Source: an uncultured Bacteriovoracaceae bacterium (GTDB taxonomy: Bacteria; Bdellovibrionota; Bacteriovoracia; Bacteriovoracales; Bacteriovoracaceae). Taken from it: 64,000 bases of DNA. The translations under genes were made by a program, and so were the position numbers. Each line of letters opens with the position of its first letter. Positions within the stretch are counted from its first letter, which is position 1. The DNA is taken from assembly GCA_964012805.1 (NCBI GenBank), contig CAXGUD010000006.1, forward strand, positions 76,309 to 140,308, given 5' to 3'. The notes under the pieces were generated by a model. That model worked only from the letters and a program-made list of their open reading frames with translations. It was not told the origin of the DNA and did not search any database. Positions 18,597 to 27,665 of this stretch are shown here, piece by piece.

Positions 18597-19493
18597 GTGT
18601 CTTCAGATTCTATCTTAGAAGTTAAAGCGTTAAAAAAATATTTTGGCCAGGTTAAAGCAGTTGATGGAATTAGTTTAAAAATCAAAAAGGGTTTGTGCTT
18701 CGGGCTTTTAGGCCCAAATGGGGCAGGTAAGACGACGACAGTTGAAGTCATGGAAGGAGTAACTGGGCCAACGTCTGGTGTTATTTTATATAAAGGAAGC
18801 CCTCTATCTGACCATTACCGAGAAGAAATTGGAATCCAATTCCAAAAAACCTCCCTCCAAGATTACTTAAAGGTTAAGGAGGTTTTGGAGCTTTTTTCTA
18901 GTTTCTACGAAAAAACTCTTCCCTTAGAGCAAATTATAGAAGAATGCTCGTTAGGAGAACTCCTTCAAAGGGACCACCGGAAGCTTTCAGGCGGTCAGGC
19001 CCAAAGACTTCTTTTGGGACTCGCTCTTGTTAATGATCCGGAAGTTTTATTTTTAGATGAACCAACCACGGGGTTAGACCCTCAAGCGAGGAGAAATTTT
19101 TGGGACCTCATAAACCAAATTAAAAAGAGGAACAAAACAATTGTTCTCACGACCCACTATATGGAAGAAGCCTACGCCCTTTGCGATGAAATTGCTATTA
19201 TGGACAAGGGGAAGATATTACTGGAGGGGCCACCTATAAAGCTTCTCAAAGAACATTTTAATTCCATGGTCATTTCACTTCCAGAAAAGGATTGTCCCAG
19301 CGAGTTACAGGGAGAGAAAAACCATCTTGTGGAGGGACCAATGGGTAATATGCTAGAAATTTTAACGGCTGACCCCAATGAAACATTTTCTCATCTTTTG
19401 AAGTCTGGAGTTAACCTGCAAAACGTTCACCTAAGGCAAAAAAATCTGGAAGATCTTTTTCTTGAGATTACCGGAAGCGATTTAAGGGGATAA
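18597..19493 (+). CDS. ABC-2 type transporter ATP-binding protein
   Basis: GPNGAGKT, LSGGQ, FLDEPTTGLD, TTH; AGGAGG RBS before GTG 18597. Confidence 0.95.
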   Translation: MSSDSILEVKALKKYFGQVKAVDGISLKIKKGLCFGLLGPNGAGKTTTVEVMEGVTGPTSGVILYKGSPLSDHYREEIGIQFQKTSLQDYLKVKEVLELFSSFYEKTLPLEQIIEECSLGELLQRDHRKLSGGQAQRLLLGLALVNDPEVLFLDEPTTGLDPQARRNFWDLINQIKKRNKTIVLTTHYMEEAYALCDEIAIMDKGKILLEGPPIKLLKEHFNSMVISLPEKDCPSELQGEKNHLVEGPMGNMLEILTADPNETFSHLLKSGVNLQNVHLRQKNLEDLFLEITGSDLRG

Positions 19494-19496
19494 AAA

Positions 19497-20516
19497 ATGA
19501 AAAAAATTTGGGCCGTGATGATTGCGAGGCAAAAAGAATTCTATAGAGACCGTTCTTCGATGGGCTGGAATTTGGCCTTTCCCTTCTTTGTTGTTTTGGG
19601 CTTTGCCTTTGCCTTCTCAAATGGAGATCAAAAGCTCTATAAGGTTGGTTTAATGGGGGATTTTAAAAGCGAAAGAGTAAAAAAAATTTCTTTTTTTAAA
19701 ACGAAATATGTGGAGTTTGTTGAAACTGAAAAAGGTGAAAAATCAGTTAAAAAGCTTAAGCATCATAAATTCGACCTTCTTCTATTAAATGAGGGTGGTG
19801 AGCTTTCTTATTGGACTAATAAAAGTTCTCCTAAAGGCTATTTTTTGGAGAAGATTCTTCTCAGTGACCTCAAAGATACCAAAATACCTTTTTTACGTCA
19901 GGAAGTTCAAGGAGAGGAGATTCGTTATGTTGATTGGCTAATACCCGGAATTTTATCAATGAATATGATGTTTAGTTCTCTCTTTGGAGTGGGGTATGTC
20001 ATTGTAAGGTATAGAAAAAATGGGGTTTTAAGGAGGCTAAAGGCGACGCCTTTAAAAGCCTATGAGTTTTTGATGGCCCAAGTCTTGGCACGTTTAGTTA
20101 TTTTGATGGTCATTTTCAATATTGTCCTTTTAGGCTGTTCCTTAATGGTCGATTTTAAAATAGAGGGTAGTTACCTCGATCTATTAATCGTTTTTTTCCT
20201 CGGCGGACTATGTTTAACATCATTTGGCCTTTTTATTGCGGCGAGGGTTCAAAGTGAGGAGTTTGCTGGTGGGCTTTTAAACCTCATTACTTGGCCTATG
20301 ATGTTTCTATCAGGGGTTTGGTTCTCTCTTGAGGGAGCCCATCCTTTTATTCTCAAACTTTCCAAAATATTTCCTCTAACTCATATGAATGAGGCAGCAA
20401 GGGCCATTATAAATGAAGGAATGGGGCTTGGAGAGTTGACGACCCAGATGACCGCACTTCTCATCATGACTTTTATTTTTATTATCGGAGGGGCCCGTTT
20501 TTTTAAATGGGATTAA
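19497..20516 (+). CDS. ABC-2 type transporter permease
   Basis: YVDWLIPGILSM, RKNGVLRRLKATPL, MFLSGVWF, FPLTH. Confidence 0.95.
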   Translation: MKKIWAVMIARQKEFYRDRSSMGWNLAFPFFVVLGFAFAFSNGDQKLYKVGLMGDFKSERVKKISFFKTKYVEFVETEKGEKSVKKLKHHKFDLLLLNEGGELSYWTNKSSPKGYFLEKILLSDLKDTKIPFLRQEVQGEEIRYVDWLIPGILSMNMMFSSLFGVGYVIVRYRKNGVLRRLKATPLKAYEFLMAQVLARLVILMVIFNIVLLGCSLMVDFKIEGSYLDLLIVFFLGGLCLTSFGLFIAARVQSEEFAGGLLNLITWPMMFLSGVWFSLEGAHPFILKLSKIFPLTHMNEAARAIINEGMGLGELTTQMTALLIMTFIFIIGGARFFKWD

Positions 20517-20529
20517 AGACTAGGAGGGC

Positions 20530-20907
20530 CTAGGCGGCCCTCAGGAATTTCTTTTCTTGTCTTTCGAGTTCTTCTTGTGCTTCAAGAGAGAGCCTTACCC
20601 AAGGCTGTTTTTCAAGTCTTTTTGTTTCAATAGGTTCGCCTGTCTCCTCACATATTCCATATCCGCCTTTTTCTATTTTTTCCAAGGCAATTTCAATATC
20701 ATGAAGGGTTTTAATAGAAGACTTTTGCAAACTAAAGGATACATTCTGGTTGGTGTATATCTGAGCTTGGTCGCCATCTTCAATAGTGTCTTCTGTCTGA
20801 GCAATGACTTCAGTTTGGTAGTTTTCTTTCATCGTATTCATGACTCTCATTTTGTGCTTCAGAAGTTTCTCTTTTTGCCCCATGAGAAAGTCTTTAGAAA
20901 AAGCCAT
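20530..20907 (-). CDS. DksA/TraR family transcription factor with one Cys only (alternative start 20916)
   Basis: Coiled-coil tip EDGDQA; ALEKIEKGGYGICEETGEPIETKRLEKQPWVRLSLEAQE. Confidence 0.9.
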   Translation of the reverse strand: MAFSKDFLMGQKEKLLKHKMRVMNTMKENYQTEVIAQTEDTIEDGDQAQIYTNQNVSFSLQKSSIKTLHDIEIALEKIEKGGYGICEETGEPIETKRLEKQPWVRLSLEAQEELERQEKKFLRAA

Positions 20908-21183
20908 AGGCTCCACCCTTCTTTTCGTTATTAAAATTGAGTTGTTAAAAACTCACCTCATCATAATAATACAAAATAGTAATGTTTTGCATAAAAAAGG
21001 GCGTCAACAATTTTGCTTTTAAGATGCTCTTAAATGTTGGTGGGAGGAACCTTTTACTTTCTTAAGTTTGTCTTTTGAATCAATTCAATAAAATTAGTTT
21101 TCCCAAATTTTAAGTTTTTGATTTAATGAGATATTCTTTTGACCGAGTAAAAGAAAGTCATTGATTTGTTAAGGAGGAAAGAG

Positions 21184-21519
21184 ATGATTCAAAAACTAAT
21201 CGTAATATTTACTTTATTCGTGATGAACCAATCTGTTGGGGCCCACGTGAACCCTGAGTATGCAAGAAAAAAGATTGGGTCAAATAAAGCACTTAAAATT
21301 GCCACTTTGGAAATTAAAAGACTTGTGAGGGAGCAAAGAATTGGAACTTCTTGGTTAAGGGCGACTCATTTAAAAAGTGGGGTTAAGGAGTTTGGAGCTG
21401 AGAAGGAATGGGTTGTAACCTTTCAAAATAAAAATATTGAGGATAAAAAGAAGAAAAAGCTTTATGTATTTATCAATATTTTCGGTGACTTTGTTGCCGC
21501 AAATTTTACTGGCCGTTAG
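21184..21519 (+). CDS. Secreted DUF6488-like protein
   Basis: AGGAGG RBS; signal peptide ending GA-H; EWVVTF...LYVFINIFGDFVAANFTG C-terminus. Confidence 0.7.
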   Translation: MIQKLIVIFTLFVMNQSVGAHVNPEYARKKIGSNKALKIATLEIKRLVREQRIGTSWLRATHLKSGVKEFGAEKEWVVTFQNKNIEDKKKKKLYVFINIFGDFVAANFTGR

Positions 21520-22406
21520 GGGAAAAGAATCTCAAGTCCTTTTTCTCCCTTTTTTGAAGCCGCCTCTTTAGGGTTGAGTCCCTGGTTATTTTTGGCCAGA
21601 GGATCAGCTCCTTTCTTGAGGAGGTATTTAATATTTTCGTATCTTTTTCCATAAACTGCGTAGTGAAGGGCCGAGTTTCCTTTTGCATCCTTGTAATTAA
21701 TATTGAGCCCTTTTCCTAAAAGGTAACGGAGGGTTTCTACTGTGGCCCTCTTGGCAGCACTTAAAAGAGATCCATCTTTAATTTCTGGGACTTTATGGGG
21801 AAAGACTGATTTGTATAGCGGATCCTTTTTTACGCGCGTATCTTTTATTTGGCTTTCTAAAATTGATTTTACAGTAGCTCCTTTTTTTAGTTCTGGCGGT
21901 AATTCCTTCAGTTCAAAAGGAGAAGGGCCTTGAGAGACAATCATATCTTTCAAATCATCTGGTGTATCAATTTCAAATTTACTATTTTCGCCAGAGTTTT
22001 CATTTTCAAGGTCTTGCAGGAGTTCTTCATCAGTTGCTTCTCCTTCAATATCAGCGAGTGTCTCTTCTTTTTTATCTTCGGCTTTTTCAGGGGCTTCTTC
22101 TGTAAGGGCCTTAAACTCAGCTTCTTCATCATCTTCTTCAACTTCCTCTAAAAAACTTTCAGCTGACTCGACAGAAGCTGGGCCACGGCCTCTTTTCTCA
22201 CCAGTTTTTTGGATTCTTTCTTGGTATTTAAGAAGAAGAGCAGAGGAAGAGTGAAGTTCAGGGGCTGACTTTGAGTCAAGAGAGGTGACCTCATCTCTAA
22301 ACTGTCCACTATCGCCCTTTTTAATTTTTGAAGGAGTCGAACATCCACCGATAAATATAGTCAAGCTTATGATACTTAAAAAGGATGGTCTCAATTTAAT
22401 TTTCAT
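21516..22406 (-). CDS. Ankyrin-repeat lipoprotein with acidic linker
   Basis: Lipobox IGGC; Glu-rich middle; GNSALHYAV, YLLKKGAD repeats. Confidence 0.85.
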   Translation of the reverse strand: MKIKLRPSFLSIISLTIFIGGCSTPSKIKKGDSGQFRDEVTSLDSKSAPELHSSSALLLKYQERIQKTGEKRGRGPASVESAESFLEEVEEDDEEAEFKALTEEAPEKAEDKKEETLADIEGEATDEELLQDLENENSGENSKFEIDTPDDLKDMIVSQGPSPFELKELPPELKKGATVKSILESQIKDTRVKKDPLYKSVFPHKVPEIKDGSLLSAAKRATVETLRYLLGKGLNINYKDAKGNSALHYAVYGKRYENIKYLLKKGADPLAKNNQGLNPKEAASKKGEKGLEILFP

Positions 22407-22413
22407 GATGAAC

Positions 22414-22440
22414 CTGTCGGGGGGCCCTAAAAAAACTTGA
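22414..22440 (-). promoter_or_regulatory. sigma28 (FliA)-like promoter
   Basis: Minus strand TCAAG-N14-CCCGACAG ending 8 nt before the ATG at 22406. Confidence 0.5.
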
Positions 22441-22510
22441 GCTTTTTAGATCTAATCTAATTGAAAGGCGAAATTGAAGAGTCTACAATGTTAGCCTGGA
22501 GGTTAGGCAA

Positions 22511-23998
22511 TTGATAAAAAAACTCTGGATTTTTTCACCATTTCTCCTTTTATTTCTCTTACATCTTTGGACTGCTTCGGTGGTCAAGGCCCAAACGAAA
22601 CCTGTTCCCCTAGGTCAAAAAAGCCTCACTTTACCTCTCAAAGTTAAATTAACTCTTAAGGATGCCATTGGCTTAGGGCTTAAGTATAGCTTCGAAGTTA
22701 AAGAGCAAAAGAATGGGGATCAAGTCAGAGAGCTAAACTATAAGGCAAAAAAGAGAAGTTTGTCTTTACCTCAAATTAACATTTATGCCCAAAATACTTT
22801 ATCGCATAGCCTTTTAAGAACCAAAAGCAGTGATGGAACGACAGGCCTCAAATTTCCTGATGAAGAAACAGATGTTAGGAGTGAGATGGCCAATATTGGT
22901 GGAATAGGACTTGAAATTAGTGAATTCACCCTCTTCGATTTTGGTAAAGATGATGACCTTTTAAAAGGAGCAGGTTTCGATTTAAAAAAGGGTCAATTAA
23001 AATCTAAGACTTTTTATATGAATTATAAGTTTCGAATTTCTAGGGAGTATTTCCGCCTTCAAAACTCTTTTGAAGATATTGGATTGGCCCAGAAAGAGAT
23101 AGAGTTAACCAAAGAAGTTTATGAGCTGACCAAGAAAAAAAAGGGAGGTGGCCAAGCGGGGGGACTCGAGTACCTTTTTGCAAAAAGTGAATTCATAGAA
23201 GCTAAGAGAAAAAAGAAGGACGCTAGAAGGCTTTATTACAGAAAGCTTTTTCTTTTTAACTTCTTGTTGGGGCAACCGCTTCAACAGGACTATAAATTGG
23301 CCTCAAAAGTTGAATACAGACCTCTTAAAGTAACCCTGAAGGAACTTTTAAAATGGATAGAGGTGGCACCTTCCCTCACTGAAGCCAAGATCAATTTAAA
23401 CCACTCTAAACTTAATCTGAGAACAACTTGGAAGGAGCTGATGCCTTTCCCTAAGGTTAGCTTGAGTGGGTTGCGTTATGGTCATGGTTATGGGACGGAT
23501 GGAGCTGGAACTGTTTCTCAATTTATTGGTTCCAGCTCACCTAGCAATTTTGATCTTCGTGTTGCTCTAAACCTTACAGTACCTCTAGTTGGTGAAAAGG
23601 GATTTTTTAATAGGTTCGGTGTTCAAAGCGCTGAACTAGAGGTCAAAAGTGCAGAAAATCAAGTTAAAATGGCAAGGATGAAGGCCCAAGGAGAAGTTAT
23701 TGGGAAATATAACGATATTATCGCCCATGAAGATGCTATTGAGGGCTTTAAGGAAGCGATTGATAACTCTTCTCTGTTGTTAGATGAAGCTTTTAAGGCC
23801 TTCCGCAAGGGGAGGGTCAAAGTGTCACAAATGAGAGAGGCCCTAAATCGAAAGACCTCTTCCCTTAAGGATTATAAGGAAGCTATTTTAAACCACTTGG
23901 AAGGAAAAATGGCTTTAGCCACAGCTATCGGGATGGAGAATCCATTTGGTGAAAATGGTTCGGAAAATGATAAAAAGGGAGGAGCTAATGAGGATTAA
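22511..23998 (+). CDS. TolC-family outer membrane efflux protein
   Basis: GGAGG RBS; signal peptide; LTLKDAI..GL, LPQI, LFDFG, two helical OEP repeats, LATAIG near the C-terminus. Confidence 0.85.
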   Translation: MIKKLWIFSPFLLLFLLHLWTASVVKAQTKPVPLGQKSLTLPLKVKLTLKDAIGLGLKYSFEVKEQKNGDQVRELNYKAKKRSLSLPQINIYAQNTLSHSLLRTKSSDGTTGLKFPDEETDVRSEMANIGGIGLEISEFTLFDFGKDDDLLKGAGFDLKKGQLKSKTFYMNYKFRISREYFRLQNSFEDIGLAQKEIELTKEVYELTKKKKGGGQAGGLEYLFAKSEFIEAKRKKKDARRLYYRKLFLFNFLLGQPLQQDYKLASKVEYRPLKVTLKELLKWIEVAPSLTEAKINLNHSKLNLRTTWKELMPFPKVSLSGLRYGHGYGTDGAGTVSQFIGSSSPSNFDLRVALNLTVPLVGEKGFFNRFGVQSAELEVKSAENQVKMARMKAQGEVIGKYNDIIAHEDAIEGFKEAIDNSSLLLDEAFKAFRKGRVKVSQMREALNRKTSSLKDYKEAILNHLEGKMALATAIGMENPFGENGSENDKKGGANED

Positions 23999-24806
23999 AG
24001 GAGGAAACACCTTATTTATTTGTATCTTTTTGATGGCCTTTTTCTTTTCAAGCTTTGGTTTTACCCAAACTTTAAAAGAAGAAAAAGAGGTAGAAAATAG
24101 TGAGAGTAAGTGGTTTATGGCACCCTTTAAAACTCACCGGTACTCTTTGGAACCTTCTTTAGTGAGCGAAGTGGGAAGTGTTGATGCTGCTGGCGCGATT
24201 ATTGGAGTTGGGGCCAAGTTACGCTCTCTTTATAGCTATCGATCCTACTTTGGCGGTCTTGAATACTCTTTTTTACCACTGAATGTAGGTGGATCTAACT
24301 CAAACACCAATTTTAAAAAGAAGTCGGGTCATACAGGTTCTAGGGATACCCTTAGTGCTCTTTTTGGACTGTTTTTAAGAAACGGAAACCTTCGCCTTCA
24401 CGGTGCTTTTCATATCCTTAATAGAATGAAATTATCCTCTGTTTCTTATGATGCTTCTGTTAAATATCAATTTTATAAAGATGACTTAACAGTTTCATCA
24501 AGCGATGAATTGGCCAATAAGTCTTACACAGAAGACACTGTGTTTGCGGGATCTGGATATGAAATGGGGCTATCTTTTAATCTTCTTAAAAGGGTAGCGT
24601 TAAATGTGTCTTTGGCACGTTATAATTATAAAAGAGAAATGGCGGTTACAAAGGAAAAAGCTTGGTTTGAGGCCAATTTAAATAATGATAAGTATAAGTC
24701 AGGAACCTTAGAGAGAGTGAATAATTTGCCAAAGGAGCTCAATGTGACGAGTTTAAGCGTTGGTATCAGTGTTCCGCTTTATTTTACTTTCCTTAATGTC
24801 AATTGA
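23988..24806 (+). CDS. Putative outer-membrane beta-barrel protein
   Basis: GGAGGAG RBS overlapping the TolC end; signal peptide; alternating beta-strand patterns (GYEMGLSF, LNVSLARY, SVGISVP). Confidence 0.55.
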   Translation: MRIKGGNTLFICIFLMAFFFSSFGFTQTLKEEKEVENSESKWFMAPFKTHRYSLEPSLVSEVGSVDAAGAIIGVGAKLRSLYSYRSYFGGLEYSFLPLNVGGSNSNTNFKKKSGHTGSRDTLSALFGLFLRNGNLRLHGAFHILNRMKLSSVSYDASVKYQFYKDDLTVSSSDELANKSYTEDTVFAGSGYEMGLSFNLLKRVALNVSLARYNYKREMAVTKEKAWFEANLNNDKYKSGTLERVNNLPKELNVTSLSVGISVPLYFTFLNVN

Positions 24807-25235
24807 GTCCATCATATTGTTAAAAGAGGTTGCCATCTCGCTAAACTCTTCGCTTTCTTTAAATAAAAGTCGGACTTCTTTATCACCTTTTCTGACCTTT
24901 TCCATTGCATTTTTCATTTTGCAAATAGGCCCAGCAACTCGGTGAGAAAGGAAGATTCCAAAAAAGAAGATAAGGATAAGAAAAAGGAGGCTAAAAGCAA
25001 CAAACTGAATCCTAAATTGATCGAGTTCAAGCCAGAGATGACTTTTAACGGCATCATCCATAGGAGAAGAAGTGACTAGGATTTCGTAATTTTCTTTCAT
25101 TTGTCCATCTATCAAAAGGCCATAGATTGTCACCATTATAATCCCTGGCAGAAGAGAAAATGAGGCGATCTTTAACTGAAAAGTCGGATTAATAAGAAAA
25201 CTGGAAAGGCTTTTCTTTGATTGTTTTTGATTCAT
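24753..25235 (-). CDS. Two-TM HAMP-domain protein
   Basis: LINPTFQ, two TM helices, SHRVAGPI, EFSEMATSFNNM; ATGA overlap with the upstream ORF. Confidence 0.8.
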   Translation of the reverse strand: MNQKQSKKSLSSFLINPTFQLKIASFSLLPGIIMVTIYGLLIDGQMKENYEILVTSSPMDDAVKSHLWLELDQFRIQFVAFSLLFLILIFFFGIFLSHRVAGPICKMKNAMEKVRKGDKEVRLLFKESEEFSEMATSFNNMMDSIDIKESKIKRNTDTNA

Positions 25236-25567
25236 GAGGTAGGACCTTTGCAACTTTTTCGATGCAGCTTTTCTTTTAAAGATTTTTTTCTCAAATTAAG
25301 AGTTTTTGACCTTACTTGGATAACCTCAAGGTTTGAGGAAATCTTAAGTTTTGCCTTGAAATCACTTTTATATTTATAAAAAAGGGATTCGTTTTCTTTT
25401 TTTAGCTTTTTAAGCCTTTCGAGCTTTTTAGTAATGACTTGAAACTCTTTTTTTTGCGCTATGCATTCTTTTTTTGTGATCGAAGCTTGAACTGGAACTT
25501 TTGCTTCGGAAAAAATGACGAAGATGATCGGAGCAAGGGCCATTAATAAGCTTGGAAAGAATTTCAT
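25232..25567 (-). CDS. Hypothetical secreted coiled-coil protein
   Basis: Signal-like N-terminus, Lys-rich helices, two Cys. Confidence 0.6.
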   Translation of the reverse strand: MKFFPSLLMALAPIIFVIFSEAKVPVQASITKKECIAQKKEFQVITKKLERLKKLKKENESLFYKYKSDFKAKLKISSNLEVIQVRSKTLNLRKKSLKEKLHRKSCKGPTS

Positions 25568-25684
25568 TCGTTTATTGTAAAAGTCTTTTAAAAAGAGGTT
25601 TAGTCGGCAAGAGATGTGCTTTTTTGTGTGGCGCGTTTTTATTGAGGTTTGAAAAAGGGCGAGGCCTTTGATAAGAGAGGCGCT

Positions 25685-26188
25685 ATGCTAAGTGAACAGG
25701 ATTATCAAACAGTTAAACGTCAACTCGGTCGCGCTCCTAGAGGGGCCAAGCGAGTGGTTTGTTATGGGAAAGCAAAAGGCGAGCCTCAGGTGATTGAGGT
25801 CCATCCTCTTGTTGAGGGGAAGCCCTTTCCATCACTTTTTTGGTTAACCTGCCCTAGGCTGCATAAGGCCATCGCGAAAATTGAACAGACGGCTTGGATT
25901 AAGCACCTTGAAAACAAATTAATTCCTGAGGATCCGAATTTAAAAGAGCAGCTTAAGAAGGATCATTTGCGATACCAAGAGTTGAGGTGGACAAAACTAA
26001 CCGAGGATGAAAAAAACTCATTGAGTAATGTCCCTTACTTGGAAAGCCTCAGAAACACTGGCATTGGCGGAGTTCGAGACTTTTCAAGAGTCCGTTGCCT
26101 CCATATGCACTACGCCCATCACCTTGCCGAGAAAAATGTTATTGGGGAGCTTATGGATCAGGAGTTTCAAACATACCTTTACCTTTAA
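25685..26188 (+). CDS. DUF501 family protein
   Basis: QLGRAPRG, PFPSLFWLTCP, GIGG, VRCLHMHYAHHL motifs. Confidence 0.9.
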   Translation: MLSEQDYQTVKRQLGRAPRGAKRVVCYGKAKGEPQVIEVHPLVEGKPFPSLFWLTCPRLHKAIAKIEQTAWIKHLENKLIPEDPNLKEQLKKDHLRYQELRWTKLTEDEKNSLSNVPYLESLRNTGIGGVRDFSRVRCLHMHYAHHLAEKNVIGELMDQEFQTYLYL

Positions 26189-26198
26189 AGAGGTATTG

Positions 26199-26753
26199 TT
26201 AGTCTTCTATAGGTTTATTCTTTAAAAATTTGTCTCTTTCATTTTTGGAATAGGCTTTTCGAATGGTTGTATCGTCGTAAAGGGGAACCCTTATTGTATT
26301 TTTAGGCTCGCCCATAATTCTAAAAACAATATTTTGAGCAATTTCAAACTTTTTTAAGACGAGGTAATTTAAGTTTGTAATAAAAATGCCGTAGATAACT
26401 GGGTCCTTTTCAAAGACTTCCTGAAGAACCTTATAGGGAACTTCCAGGACCTTTGTATTTTCCTGGACAGTTAACATCTCTGTTTTTTCCATTTCTGAGA
26501 AGAGAAAATGTTCTCCGTAAAACCCACCTTTTCCTAGAACTTGGATATCTTTTAAACCTTCTGGTGTATCTCTTGTGATTGTTATTTTCCCTTCTAGGAC
26601 TGTAAAAAGGTAATTAATATTATCGGCTTCTCCATAAATAGTTTCCCCTTTGTGGTACTCGCTGACCCGGCAGTGCATGAAGTGTTTTTCCATTTCTTCT
26701 TGATGAATATCATAAAAGAGTGGGCAAGTACTCAAGGTCTTCCAAAGAGACAT
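26199..26753 (-). CDS. Cyclic nucleotide-binding domain protein
   Basis: CPLF, GETIYGE, VLEGKI, GGFYGE cNMP beta-roll. Confidence 0.8.
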   Translation of the reverse strand: MSLWKTLSTCPLFYDIHQEEMEKHFMHCRVSEYHKGETIYGEADNINYLFTVLEGKITITRDTPEGLKDIQVLGKGGFYGEHFLFSEMEKTEMLTVQENTKVLEVPYKVLQEVFEKDPVIYGIFITNLNYLVLKKFEIAQNIVFRIMGEPKNTIRVPLYDDTTIRKAYSKNERDKFLKNKPIED

Positions 26754-26823
26754 GGTGATTCCTCTATTAAGTCAAAACTAAAAAATTTATTATAGCATTA
26801 GTTGGGTTAGTCTGCTTGGTCGA

Positions 26824-27600
26824 CTAAATTAGGTTCCAAACAAGCATCATTGAAGCCCCATCGTTAATATTTTTACCATTAACGTACTCTGCTGCTCTAT
26901 TTCTGTCCTGAACAATCCACGACCTATTAACTTCTGCTCTAATGATTCCATTCCAAGGGAGGTGAGGAATAACTATTGAAACAGAAGCACTCCTATAAGC
27001 TTCACCGGAAACCCCTGAAGGCCCGTAGATATATTGGTTGGCCTGTTTGTCACCGATCCCCATTTTTAGGTGGAGCCCAGTGTAGGGGAGAAGGGGGAGA
27101 CCCGCTTCCAATTCACTGAAATGTCCATAATGGTATTTAATCTCTTTATAGATTGAAAAACCAAGATAAAATGAATTTCTAAAGCCAAATTTATAGCGGA
27201 ATTTAGTAGAGGCTTCTACTGTGCTTTTTCGTTGATTTCTATAATCTTCTTTGTGGTCACTAGTATCAGGCCAGGGTTCCCCATCATCAAAGTACGAAAC
27301 GCCAGCAGTCAAGAGAAAGGAAGAGGTTCTTGGAAAGTGGCTGTAAAAAAGACCTGGTCCCCTAAGAAGCCATTTATCAAAAAAGATAAGGCTTGGTCCC
27401 ACAAAATAGCTCGGCTCAGGCCAAGTTTCAGCTCCTCGAAAAACGCTTTTATTTTTATAAAAAGAAGAAAGAGACACCCGAATTGGTTTTGTTTCCGTTA
27501 AAGTGGTCTCTTCTTGAGCTTTTAAGCTGATGGAAAAGGTAAAGAAGAAAAGTCCTGCGGCACCTACAAAGCGCATTAAAGTACGAGTTAAAAAGGTCAA
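26824..27600 (-). CDS. MipA/OmpV-like outer membrane protein
   Basis: AGGAGG RBS + TTG; signal peptide; SVFRGA, RKSTVEA, ANQYIYG; beta-strand C-terminus. Confidence 0.6.
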   Translation of the reverse strand: MTFLTRTLMRFVGAAGLFFFTFSISLKAQEETTLTETKPIRVSLSSFYKNKSVFRGAETWPEPSYFVGPSLIFFDKWLLRGPGLFYSHFPRTSSFLLTAGVSYFDDGEPWPDTSDHKEDYRNQRKSTVEASTKFRYKFGFRNSFYLGFSIYKEIKYHYGHFSELEAGLPLLPYTGLHLKMGIGDKQANQYIYGPSGVSGEAYRSASVSIVIPHLPWNGIIRAEVNRSWIVQDRNRAAEYVNGKNINDGASMMLVWNLI

Positions 27601-27665
27601 GAGTCCTCCTTTTTCTTTAAGTTTTAAGAGTAAAGAAAAAGGAGTCTCCTGACAAAACTTTTCCT

